A stretch of 43,803 nucleotides of DNA, from the NCBI GenBank assembly GCA_035760085.1, contig DASTTS010000515.1, forward strand, positions 1 to 43,803, read 5' to 3'. Of this stretch, positions 10,041 through 17,973 are shown in pieces. Position numbers and translations under genes: made by a program. Numbering within the stretch: the stretch's first letter is position 1; the number at the start of each line of letters is the position of its first letter. The DNA comes from Pyrinomonadaceae bacterium. Its GTDB lineage: Bacteria > Acidobacteriota > Blastocatellia > Pyrinomonadales > Pyrinomonadaceae. The notes below the pieces were generated by a model. That model saw nothing but the letters and a program-made list of their open reading frames with translations. It was not told where the DNA came from and searched no databases.

Positions 10041-10155
10041 CTTTCCGGGTCAACGAATATTTCAGTGGTAACAGTGTCGAATTTGGCATGCGTCGTTCGA
10101 CATAGTGTTGGAATGTGAATTTTCCCCTGATGAGAAGCAAAGTTGACCCGGAAAG
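10041..10155 (+). promoter_or_regulatory. Structured leader candidate upstream of the 10176 gene (nested inverted repeats)
   Basis: Perfect 14-bp inverted repeat CTTTCCGGGTCAAC (10041-10054) / GTTGACCCGGAAAG (10142-10155). It encloses an inner 7-bp stem TGTCGAA (10075-10081) / TTCGACA (10096-10102). The 3' arm ends 20 nt before the ATG. Confidence 0.4.
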
Positions 10156-10175
10156 GACAATAGAAAGGAAAGCTA

Positions 10176-10646
10176 ATGGGAACTAAACCAACGCATGAAC
10201 AAGCACAACTTCACCTTCAAGTTTACGATTTGCGGCGCGAGGCCCGGTTGCGCCAGGCACGCGACTGGTTCCAGGCGAACTATCGTGCCGAGACGATGGA
10301 AGAGGCAATGAAACTAGCGGCGCCCGGAACCGAAGCGGGCATTTTCACCGGTATGGTGATCGGCTACTGGGAGCAGGCGTGCGCGCTGCTCAATTATGGG
10401 CTACTCAATGACGACCTCTTCTTTGAGACAAGTGGGGAGTTTTTCTTCGTATGGGAGACGCTAAAACCGGTCGCGGCGGAGTTTCGTCAGGCATTCAAAG
10501 ACCCGAACATGCTGAAAAACCTCGAAACTGCGGCCCAGAGGTTTGAGCAATGGTCCGATCAACGCAGTCCCGGCCACATTGCGGCAATGAGGGAGTGGAT
10601 GCAACAGGAGCGCGCGAAAGCTAAGAGCGCCGCTGCTGCTGGCTAA
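10176..10646 (+). CDS. Hypothetical protein (helical, no TM, no family recognised)
   Basis: Clean 156-aa ORF with a purine-rich AAAGGAAAG just upstream of the ATG. Coding-like composition. Confidence 0.6.
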   Translation: MGTKPTHEQAQLHLQVYDLRREARLRQARDWFQANYRAETMEEAMKLAAPGTEAGIFTGMVIGYWEQACALLNYGLLNDDLFFETSGEFFFVWETLKPVAAEFRQAFKDPNMLKNLETAAQRFEQWSDQRSPGHIAAMREWMQQERAKAKSAAAAG

Positions 10647-10650
10647 GACT

Positions 10651-10722
10651 AATCTTTACAGGATTTGCAGGATTTTGACAGGATTCCCAAGATAATCCTG
10701 GAAAAAATCTTGTAAATCCTGT
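10651..10722. repeat. Family A (ACAGGATT-word) element, full palindromic copy
   Basis: ACAGGATTTGCAGGATTTTGACAGGATT cccaagat AATCCTGGAAAAAATCTTGTAAATCCTGT. The arms are complementary with a few mismatches, and the element starts 5 nt after the stop codon. Confidence 0.85.
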
Positions 10723-10734
10723 TTTACATTTTTG

Positions 10735-10764
10735 TTGACCTCCTGAACCTCACCTAAGTACTAT
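10735..10764 (+). promoter_or_regulatory. Sigma70-like promoter candidate for the 10837 gene
   Basis: TTGACC (10735-10740), an 18-nt spacer, then TACTAT (10759-10764). Confidence 0.4.
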
Positions 10765-10836
10765 GTTTTCACCCCTTCCTCCCGAAGGGTCAAACCCAAC
10801 CCGCCTCTTTCACCCCAATCACGAAGGAACAAACAA

Positions 10837-11661
10837 ATGAAGAGTACAAAATGTGTCGAATGCGGCTTTGTGGGCTGGTCAGACGTCGAGCACTGCAAAG
10901 CTTGTGGCGCCCCGCTGGGCCAGCGTTCGCACGACCTCCCATCTCCTGCGCCTGCTTACAGTTCTAACTACGACCAGTCGGAGTACCAGGAAGAAGGTCC
11001 GAAAAAAGGAATGGCGATCGCCGCGCTGGTGCTTGGTATTATCGGCTTCTTCACGCTCGGCATATTAGCCGTCGGCGCCATCGTCGGCACCATCCTAGCC
11101 GCCGTTGCAATGAGCAGAGCCAAACGCGATCCATGGCAATACGGTGGACGCAGCCTCGCAGTCGCCGCTCTCGTGTTGAATATCCTGTCGCTGGTCTCGT
11201 TTGTCCCGATGGGGATTGTTGCCGCGATCGCGATCCCCAACTTACTCGCATCACGTCGAGCTGCAAACGAAGGCTCAGCCCAGGCGTCGTTGCGAACACT
11301 TCATTCTGCGGAAGCCACCTATCAAGCCACCCGGGGAGAGGGCAAATATGGAACGCTGGCTGAGCTTGCGGCAGAGGGCCTGATCGATTCGAGGCTCGCG
11401 TCGGGCACGAAGAACGGATACACGTTCACTGTCGAAGTGACTACTACTGACGGGAACTATCCCGGGTTCGAAGTAGTTAGTGTGCCGATGACTTACGGCA
11501 GCACTGGCATCAGATCGTTTTACATTGACGAGACGGGTGTGATTCGCGCCGGTGATAATTCCGGCAGACCGTCGACGAAGATGGATCCGCCGGTAGACAG
11601 TTACAGCGATTTTGACGAGCGCCCTCGACGCACGGATTATCGCACCCAGCCTGTATACTAG
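10837..11661 (+). CDS. Zinc-ribbon / DUF4190-like TM region / type IV pilin-like (pseudopilin) domain fusion protein
   Basis: The N-terminal CVECG..x..CKACG is a zinc ribbon. TM helices follow (MAIAALVLGIIGFFTLGILAVGAIVGTILAAV; LAVAALVLNILSLVSFVPMGIVAAIAIPNLL). The segment AAIAIPNLLASRRAANEGSAQASLRTLHSAEATYQ...GTLAELAAEGLID...GTKNGYTF is typical of pilin/GspG-like proteins. There is no G|F(T/S)LIE leader. Confidence 0.75.
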   Translation: MKSTKCVECGFVGWSDVEHCKACGAPLGQRSHDLPSPAPAYSSNYDQSEYQEEGPKKGMAIAALVLGIIGFFTLGILAVGAIVGTILAAVAMSRAKRDPWQYGGRSLAVAALVLNILSLVSFVPMGIVAAIAIPNLLASRRAANEGSAQASLRTLHSAEATYQATRGEGKYGTLAELAAEGLIDSRLASGTKNGYTFTVEVTTTDGNYPGFEVVSVPMTYGSTGIRSFYIDETGVIRAGDNSGRPSTKMDPPVDSYSDFDERPRRTDYRTQPVY

Positions 11662-11665
11662 CTGG

Positions 11666-11935
11666 ATGGCATCAGAAGTATGTGTTCATATCGATGCGGT
11701 TGATGAAATCAAGCAACCGCAGCAGAGGGTTTGCGAGGAGTGTGTGAAGATCGGTGCGCAGTGGGTTCACTTGCGCACTTGCCAGCAGTGCGGTACGACG
11801 CGTTGTTGCGACAGTTCACCAAACAGGCATGCGTCCAAGCATGCGCGGGCGAGTGGTCATCCGGTTATTGCGTCGGCAGAAATTGGAGAGAGTTGGTTGT
11901 ACTGTTATCCTGACGACGCCTTTGCTGAGTACTAG
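11666..11935 (+). CDS. UBP-type zinc-finger domain protein
   Basis: ORF 11612..11935 trimmed to ATG 11666, 4 nt after the preceding stop. The Cys/His pattern is CEEC...HLRTCQQCG...CCDSSPNRHASKH...GHP. Confidence 0.7.
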   Translation: MASEVCVHIDAVDEIKQPQQRVCEECVKIGAQWVHLRTCQQCGTTRCCDSSPNRHASKHARASGHPVIASAEIGESWLYCYPDDAFAEY

Positions 11936-11944
11936 TTTCTTCTG

Positions 11945-13003
11945 CTAAGGCCACTGGATCACTTTGCCTTTTGGCGGCGCGTTTTTCGCGGGCGTGATCA
12001 CGTTCGGGCTCAGGGCGGCGTTTGGATTTGTTTTGACCGCGGGCGGCGCTGGTTTTGGTGACTCGAATAGTGGCGTCGCGACTGCCGGTTCTTCCTTACC
12101 CGGCTCGAATAGTGGCGCTTCACTAACAACAGGAGCCGGTCGTGGCTGGCGTATCGATAGACGTGCTTTGTTAGGCACACCACGAACGTGATTGTCATTC
12201 ACAACCTGAACAGGCGGACTCTCCACGACAGGCTGCGCCTCCGGTGGTCTACTCACAGTAGTTTCCGCTGCGATCGGAGCAGGCGCAATCTCAGGTGGTA
12301 AATCGCGTACGTGTGAACCACGCAGCACCAACAAACCGACACCACACCCAACGATCAACAACACCGCCGCACACGCACCGACCGCAAACGTCTTCCTCAT
12401 CGACGTGATACGTGCGACAAACGCGGATCGCGGATTGAAGTTGCGCGGCTCTTCATGGACCAGGTCCCAGATCTCAGGCGGATCTTTCAGCGTCTTCACT
12501 GTTGGAACAACCGAAACCAGCTCATCCGGTCGCGTGACATCAACAGGCACAGGCTCAGACATTGGCACAGACGTGGGCACAACCGTCAACGTCTTCGGTG
12601 CGTGTCTCTCGAGACAACGCGCCACCTCATCGAACGTGCGCGCTTTGGCCCAGGTGCGCGCCGAGGCGCCGGCTCGCGTCACTGCTTCAGTCCGCGCACC
12701 AAACTCGATCAGAGTGGTTACTGTTTCAGCGTGACCGAAGAAAGCAGCGAGGGCGAGCGCCGTAAATCGATCGTTGCGTATCAGGTTTGGATCCGCGCCA
12801 CGTTCAAGTAACACGCGCACCACCGGCTCGTGACCAAAAAACGCTGCCTTCATCAGCGCCGTCGTGCCGTATCGATTGCGCGCGTTAATGTCACCGACGC
12901 GCGGCAGCAAACGCAGCAGCTCGTTAACATCGCCGCTCTCAGCCGTCCGTAACAACTCTGAGGTGACGTCTGGCGTATTCCACTTTCTTACCGTCGCAGA
13001 CAT
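11945..13003 (-). CDS. Ankyrin-repeat protein with one TM helix and a proline-rich C-terminal region
   Basis: ORF 11945..13009 (GTG) trimmed to ATG 13003 (AAGGAG 5 nt upstream, inside the end of the upstream gene). Ankyrin motifs are GTTALMKAAFFGHEPVVRVLLERGADPN and FTALALAAFFGHAETV. The TM helix is FAVGACAAVLLIVGCGVGLLVL, followed by a Pro-rich tail. Confidence 0.8.
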   Translation of the reverse strand: MSATVRKWNTPDVTSELLRTAESGDVNELLRLLPRVGDINARNRYGTTALMKAAFFGHEPVVRVLLERGADPNLIRNDRFTALALAAFFGHAETVTTLIEFGARTEAVTRAGASARTWAKARTFDEVARCLERHAPKTLTVVPTSVPMSEPVPVDVTRPDELVSVVPTVKTLKDPPEIWDLVHEEPRNFNPRSAFVARITSMRKTFAVGACAAVLLIVGCGVGLLVLRGSHVRDLPPEIAPAPIAAETTVSRPPEAQPVVESPPVQVVNDNHVRGVPNKARLSIRQPRPAPVVSEAPLFEPGKEEPAVATPLFESPKPAPPAVKTNPNAALSPNVITPAKNAPPKGKVIQWP

Positions 13004-13005
13004 GA

Positions 13006-14343
13006 TCACTCCTTAATCGTGATCCGGTCACCCGGCTTCACTCCCGGATCCTGCACTTTCCCGGTCTCGATATCCTTCAACTTAAACTTCGTGACGACTA
13101 AAAATCCTTTGCCGTCGTCGCGTCCAAGCTGGGCCTCCTTCGCTTTCCGTGTCACGCCTCCGGCGGACATGATCGCCTGTGTCAACGTTAGGCCTCGTCG
13201 ATAAGTCTTCTCGCCCGGCTGTGTGACTTCACCGCTGATGTAAACAAACTGCGCCACATTCGGATGCAGCGTGATTACGTCACCAGGTCGAACCAGCAGA
13301 TTCATCTCACTCGATTGAGTGAGCTCGATCTCAAACGTCTTATTCGACTCGTTGCGCAGCACCGTAACGCGCGCGGCTTCCGGCAACGGCTGTGCATCGG
13401 CGACAACAACGTAGAGCGGAATTGCTTCGCGTCTGAGGATCTTCGTGCCCGAGTCTTTCACGAGACCACTCACGAGAATCGTGTGACTCGCGTAATCACG
13501 AACTCCCACAGACACTTTCGGATTGTCATTCAAGGCGCGTCGCTTCAACTCGGTTTCAATGCGGCTGCCGATCTCATCAGTAGTAAGACCTGCGGCCTGA
13601 AGTGGCTCACCGAGCATCGGGTGTTCCAACAATCCCGAAGCCGTGATCGTGAACAGAGTTGATTGCGAGGCGTTGTCGTTGATGCGAATGTCGAGCACGT
13701 CGTTTGGTCCAACCCGATAGATCTTCGTGAGGGCTAATTCATTTGCGGCGGCGTTGTCTTCAACTGAAATCTCTACGGGTTGTTCAGGAACTGTCTCAAC
13801 AGCGGTGTCGGGCTCCTTCTCAGGAGTTTTCTCCACCGGCTTTTCAGGCACTGGCGGCATCTTGACGCCTATCGAAACCTGTTCAGCAACAGCTCGCGGT
13901 CTCGGAGCGACCTTTTGGCGCTGCGCCGTTAGTTTGGCGTTGTCCTGTTCCCAGAGCATCGCACGAGCGAGACCGAGCCGGTCGCGCGCTTCCACGTCTT
14001 TCGGGTCAAGCTCGACCGCGGTCTTCAAACTCTCAATCGCGTTGCGATATTGCTTCAGGTCGTAATACGCGTGGCCCAACGCGAAGTGCGCGTCAGGGTT
14101 TTCCGGATCCAGCTTTATTGAGCGCTGTAAGATCTCGACGGCTTGTGGGTACAGGCCCGCGAGACCGTACTTCACGCCTTCCTTGTACAGTCGTTTAGCT
14201 TCGGCTTTTGCTTCTGCTGAAACTGGTCGTTCGACAGGGCGGCTGTTTCGTGGGTTATCGACGTAATTTGAGGCAGTCTGGGCCAGACTGGCACACGAAA
14301 GCCATAGCAGCAAAACCGCTGAAAAAGCGAGTAATTTGGACAT
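13006..14343 (-). CDS. TPR-fused polysaccharide export (Wza-like, Poly_export + SLBB) protein
   Basis: ORF 13006..14382 trimmed to ATG 14343, giving signal peptide MSKLLAFSAVLLLWLSCASLAQT. TPR units are present (...AVEILQRSIKLDPENPDAHFALGHAYYDLKQYRNAIESLKTAVELDPKD). These are followed by YRVGPNDVLDIRI and SLBB-like GEVTQPGEKTY..GLTLTQAIMSAGG. Confidence 0.75.
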   Translation of the reverse strand: MSKLLAFSAVLLLWLSCASLAQTASNYVDNPRNSRPVERPVSAEAKAEAKRLYKEGVKYGLAGLYPQAVEILQRSIKLDPENPDAHFALGHAYYDLKQYRNAIESLKTAVELDPKDVEARDRLGLARAMLWEQDNAKLTAQRQKVAPRPRAVAEQVSIGVKMPPVPEKPVEKTPEKEPDTAVETVPEQPVEISVEDNAAANELALTKIYRVGPNDVLDIRINDNASQSTLFTITASGLLEHPMLGEPLQAAGLTTDEIGSRIETELKRRALNDNPKVSVGVRDYASHTILVSGLVKDSGTKILRREAIPLYVVVADAQPLPEAARVTVLRNESNKTFEIELTQSSEMNLLVRPGDVITLHPNVAQFVYISGEVTQPGEKTYRRGLTLTQAIMSAGGVTRKAKEAQLGRDDGKGFLVVTKFKLKDIETGKVQDPGVKPGDRITIKE

Positions 14344-14554
14344 CAAGACCCCCTTGGAAGGAGTTGAAAGCAAAACCCGCACGGATTAAGGGACAGTTCG
14401 GAAGTGGGGGGAGCGACCGAACGAGACACTAGGGGATGACGGATGTGTTGCTTATACCATTTTCAGCCGGGCAAAGCCATCTTTTTCCGGCTAATAGAAT
14501 AGATTTGACAACTATGTACCAGCACACTCAGAACAGGCTTACGAGTCTCGCTTG

Positions 14555-14998
14555 CTACTGGCCGAGCTGCTCGGCAAGCGCCACAACGATGCCCTCAGGA
14601 CCACGGATGTAACAAAGACGGTACATGTCCTCGTACTTGACGATTTCGCCCACGAGCTCAGCGCCCCGGGCACGCAAGCGCGCGACGACGTCTTCGATGT
14701 CGTCCACGGCGAACATGATCCGACGTATGCCGAGCGTATTCACTGGTGCGTTCTGCGGTTCGACTCTGATCGCTGCCGGCGTGTGGAACTTATCCAGCTC
14801 AATCCGACCGTGGCCGTCCGGAGTCCGCAACGTCGCGATGTCGCATCGAACGTTCTCGAGTCCAACCACACGGTCTACCCAGGGTCCTTCGACTGACATC
14901 TCACCCGCCAGCTCCATACCAAGCTCGAGAAAGAACGCCTTCACCGCCTCAAGGTCCTCGACCACGATGAGGACGTTGTCCATCCGTTTAAGGGTCAT
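14555..14998 (-). CDS. VOC-family (glyoxalase/bleomycin-resistance/dioxygenase fold) protein
   Basis: ORF 14555..15115 trimmed to ATG 14998 (GGGAGGGAAGGA upstream), because the extension reads through the family E repeat. The protein begins MDNVLIVVEDLEAVKAFFLELGMEL and contains ...IMFAVDDIEDVVARLRARGAELV. Confidence 0.8.
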   Translation of the reverse strand: MTLKRMDNVLIVVEDLEAVKAFFLELGMELAGEMSVEGPWVDRVVGLENVRCDIATLRTPDGHGRIELDKFHTPAAIRVEPQNAPVNTLGIRRIMFAVDDIEDVVARLRARGAELVGEIVKYEDMYRLCYIRGPEGIVVALAEQLGQ

Positions 14999-15046
14999 AT
15001 CCTTCCCTCCCACTACGAACGATAGTGAATCGTGAACTGATGGAAG

Positions 15047-15136
15047 CAACTGTAGGGGCGGCCCTCCGTGGCCGCCCCAGTGTCCCACATTGTGTTTCCG
15101 CGCAGGGGCGGCCACAGAGGGCCGCCCCTACAGTTG
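15047..15136 (+). repeat. Family E: 90-nt GC-rich double-hairpin element with terminal inverted repeats (REP/MITE-like), copy 1
   Basis: CAACTGTAGGGGCGGCC...GGCCGCCCCTACAGTTG. Two internal stem-loops GGGGCGGCC-N6-GGCCGCCCC flank AGTGTCCCACATTGTGTTTCCGCGC. By eye there are 4 mismatches to the copy at 33038-33127, in the same orientation. Confidence 0.9.
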
Positions 15137-15157
15137 ATTTTTCCCCGCCCAATCCAG

Positions 15158-17857
15158 TTAGGCTGGTGGCGTTGCGCGGGCCAGGCGACCAACCGAGGGC
15201 GTGCGGAAACGACGATACGTTCGTGTATCTTTGACGGGCGGTGGCAATGCACCGACGGGCTGCGCGGCGAGCTCCTGCAACGCGTTCTGGATCGGTTGCA
15301 GCTTTTCGTAGAACACAACGATCACCTCGTTCTTTACCATGCGATTCACCGCCTGCCGCAACGCCTCGATTTCGTCGAGGATCACTTCACACTCGGTCGC
15401 CGGCGACGCCTCACGAATCGCACGAAGAAGAATGTTTGCCACATCACCTCGTTTCCGCCCGCGCAAATCACGATCTTCGCGAACGATCACTTTGTCAAAG
15501 CCTTTTGCCGCCGCGCGTGCGGCCTGATCGATGATCGAGTCGTCGCGATCGCCCGGCACGCTTATGATCCCGGTGACCTGCCTGTCGCTCCACGCCGACG
15601 TCATGCGACAAATCGCGTCGAAAGCCTCGGTGTTGTGGCCGTAATCGACCATCACGTGCCCGCCGTTCAAACGATAAAGATTCGCGCGCCCCGGATTGTT
15701 GTCGCAGCTTGAAAAACTGATCAGGCACTTCGACAAAACATTCGGCTCGATACCAAACGCACGACATGCTGCAATCGTCGCGAGCAGATTACTCACTTGA
15801 AAATCCGCAGCGCCGTTCATCAGCGCCGGCACTTTCGAAACATCCGCGAGGTTGCGCTGAGTCTCGCCAATCGCCTCAATCAAAGCTTTGTTCCGCGCGA
15901 AGTAAGCAGTGCCGCCTGCTTGCAGATGACTTTTCAATAGTGGATTGTCTTCGTCGAGCGAAAAATAAACAGGCTTCTTCGGCACGCGGTTGACGCGCTC
16001 ACACTCCATTAGCTTCGCGAGGTGCTCGTTGTCCGCGTTCAGAATCAGCGTACCGCCTTCTTTAACGCGCTCCGCCACCAGCGACTTGATGTAAACAAGG
16101 TCTTCAACTGATTTGATTCCGTCCTGACCGATGTGATCGTCGCCGATAGTCGTCATCACGCCGATGTCGGACCAGTCGTAACCAAGACCACGTCGCAGAA
16201 TTCCGCCGCGTGCTGTTTCCAACACGGCTGCTTCGACAGCCGGATCGCCCAACACGACCTGTGCTGACTGTGGTCCAGTAGTATCGCCGTCGACAACATG
16301 CTCGCCATCAATGTAGATGCCGTCAGTGGTCGTCATACCAACGCAGAGACCAGTCGTGCCGAGCACGTGACCGATCATTCTCGTGACTGTTGTCTTTCCA
16401 TTCGTGCCTGTGATCGAAATGATCGGAATCCGGCTCGGCGCGTCCGGCGGATAGATCGAATCGACCACCGCCTGGCCCACGTCGCGCGGTATGCCCGCCG
16501 ACGGAAAGTGATGCATCCTCAGACCAGGCGAAGCGTTAATCTCGATTACCCCGCCGCTCGTCATCTCCGTCGTGATATCGGGAATCACTAAATCGACACC
16601 ACACACATCAAGACCAATCAATCGTGCAGCGCGTTCACACATGCGCGCGATACTCGGATGAACCTCGTCTGTAACATCCTGCGCTGTTGCCCCGGTGGAT
16701 AAGTTGGATCGATTTGAGAGGATGACGTGTTCGTCGCGTTTCGGGATCGAGTCGAGCGTCATGCCGGCGTGCTGTAAGTGTGTAATCACATCGGAATCGA
16801 CTTTGATCTTCGTCAAAGGTTTTTCATGACCGTCGCCACGCAACGGGTTCCGGTTTTCACTTGCGATCAAATCTCGGATCGTGCTGACACCGTCGCCGAT
16901 CACGTGCGGTAACAAACGTTCGCTGGCCGCAACCATCCGGCCGCCCACGATCACGACGCGATAGTTTCGACCAGCAAACATCTCTTCGAGCAAGATCGCT
17001 GATGAGTATTCCTTCGCCGCCTGGAATGCGACTTTCATCTCTTCCGCTGTCTCAACTTCAAGCGAAACACCCAGCCCCTTACGCCCGTTGACCGGTTTGA
17101 CGACAACGGGTCTGCCAATCTCGTCAGCCGCTTTGTTTGCTTCTTTGAGCGTGTAAACGACTTTGCCCTGCGGCACTCGAATGCCGTTGCGTTCAAGGCG
17201 TTCTTTGGTCTCGTCTTTGTCCTGGGCCAACTCGACAGCAACGACGCTGGTTCGATCGGTCATCGCAGCCTGAACGTAGTGCAGATGCTTTCCGTATCCG
17301 AGTTGAATGCGATTGCCGGTGCCGTCTCGTCTCCACGGAATGCCGCGCTTCTCAGCGGCTTGCGTGATCGCTCGAGTCGTTGGGCCAACATCTGAATCGG
17401 CGACCAATTGTTTTGCTTTTTCGAGCACAGGCTGAAGTTGGAACGAACGGCAGCGGACCACCGCTTCAACAAGCTTGACCGCCTGTTCTAACAAGTACGT
17501 ACTCGCCTTCTCAGCACGAAACTCGATCGCGACGTTGTAGACGCTGCCAGTGTCGTGACGCGTCTTGCCGTGCGATCGTCCGATGCCGGTTAGCTCGGTT
17601 AACTCGAGCGCGACGTGTTCGACGATGTGACCGAAGTAAGTTCCTTCTTCGAGTCGCGTCACAAACCCGCCCGGGCGTCCGAGACTACAATGATGATTGT
17701 TTATTCCGGGAAGAAGTTTGAGGAGTCGATCGTTGAAGCCGTTGAACTCACGGCTTTCGCGTTCGACAAGCTCGCCCAGGTCGAGGCTCATGAGGAGCAC
17801 TGGACGATAACTATAGACATTCGGACCGTTGAGCGCGCGAATGTTTTCGACTTTCAT
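15158..17857 (-). CDS. cphA: Cyanophycin synthetase
   Basis: ORF 15158..17920 trimmed to ATG 17857 (MKVENIRALNGPNVYSYRPVL, the canonical CphA N-terminus). An ATP-grasp region (VVKPVNGRKGLGV) and the Mur-ligase P-loop ITGTNGKTT are present; 899 aa. Confidence 0.9.
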   Translation of the reverse strand: MKVENIRALNGPNVYSYRPVLLMSLDLGELVERESREFNGFNDRLLKLLPGINNHHCSLGRPGGFVTRLEEGTYFGHIVEHVALELTELTGIGRSHGKTRHDTGSVYNVAIEFRAEKASTYLLEQAVKLVEAVVRCRSFQLQPVLEKAKQLVADSDVGPTTRAITQAAEKRGIPWRRDGTGNRIQLGYGKHLHYVQAAMTDRTSVVAVELAQDKDETKERLERNGIRVPQGKVVYTLKEANKAADEIGRPVVVKPVNGRKGLGVSLEVETAEEMKVAFQAAKEYSSAILLEEMFAGRNYRVVIVGGRMVAASERLLPHVIGDGVSTIRDLIASENRNPLRGDGHEKPLTKIKVDSDVITHLQHAGMTLDSIPKRDEHVILSNRSNLSTGATAQDVTDEVHPSIARMCERAARLIGLDVCGVDLVIPDITTEMTSGGVIEINASPGLRMHHFPSAGIPRDVGQAVVDSIYPPDAPSRIPIISITGTNGKTTVTRMIGHVLGTTGLCVGMTTTDGIYIDGEHVVDGDTTGPQSAQVVLGDPAVEAAVLETARGGILRRGLGYDWSDIGVMTTIGDDHIGQDGIKSVEDLVYIKSLVAERVKEGGTLILNADNEHLAKLMECERVNRVPKKPVYFSLDEDNPLLKSHLQAGGTAYFARNKALIEAIGETQRNLADVSKVPALMNGAADFQVSNLLATIAACRAFGIEPNVLSKCLISFSSCDNNPGRANLYRLNGGHVMVDYGHNTEAFDAICRMTSAWSDRQVTGIISVPGDRDDSIIDQAARAAAKGFDKVIVREDRDLRGRKRGDVANILLRAIREASPATECEVILDEIEALRQAVNRMVKNEVIVVFYEKLQPIQNALQELAAQPVGALPPPVKDTRTYRRFRTPSVGRLARATPPA

Positions 17858-17889
17858 GACGAACTTGCCTTTCAACTTGCATGCCGCGA

Positions 17890-17973
17890 CCACGGATAAA
17901 CACAGATCAAAGCCACGCATAAAATCCGGATTTGATCCGTAGTTTTGATCCGTTTAATCCGTGTTTACGGATT
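17890..17973. repeat. Family B (ACGGAT / GATCAAAGCC-word) palindromic element
   Basis: CCACGGATAAACACAGATCAAAGCCACG ... GATCCGTAGTTTTGATCCGTTTAATCCGTGTTTACGG. It shares its left arm with the 35597 copy. It overlaps the stop and last six codons of the DUF2071 gene. Confidence 0.75.

Noticed and set aside
10127-10133. CTGATGA followed later by GAAA inside the structured leader, reminiscent of a hammerhead ribozyme core
   Set aside because: I could not draw a stem II hairpin between CUGAUGA and GAAA or a proper stem III and cleavage site. The match is limited to the 7-mer.
11462-11476. GGGTTCGAAGT, resembling a tRNA T-arm
   Set aside because: It lies inside the well-supported pilin-like CDS. 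No acceptor or anticodon stems can be drawn around it.
15013-15712. ORFs 15013..15318 (-), 15025..15234 (+), 15068..15712 (+), and the N-terminal 39 codons of ORF 14555..15115
   Set aside because: They are read-through of the GC-rich family E repeat (the same GRPYSC / AATEGRP / GGHGGPPLQL peptides reappear at 32856..33271) or antisense to cphA.
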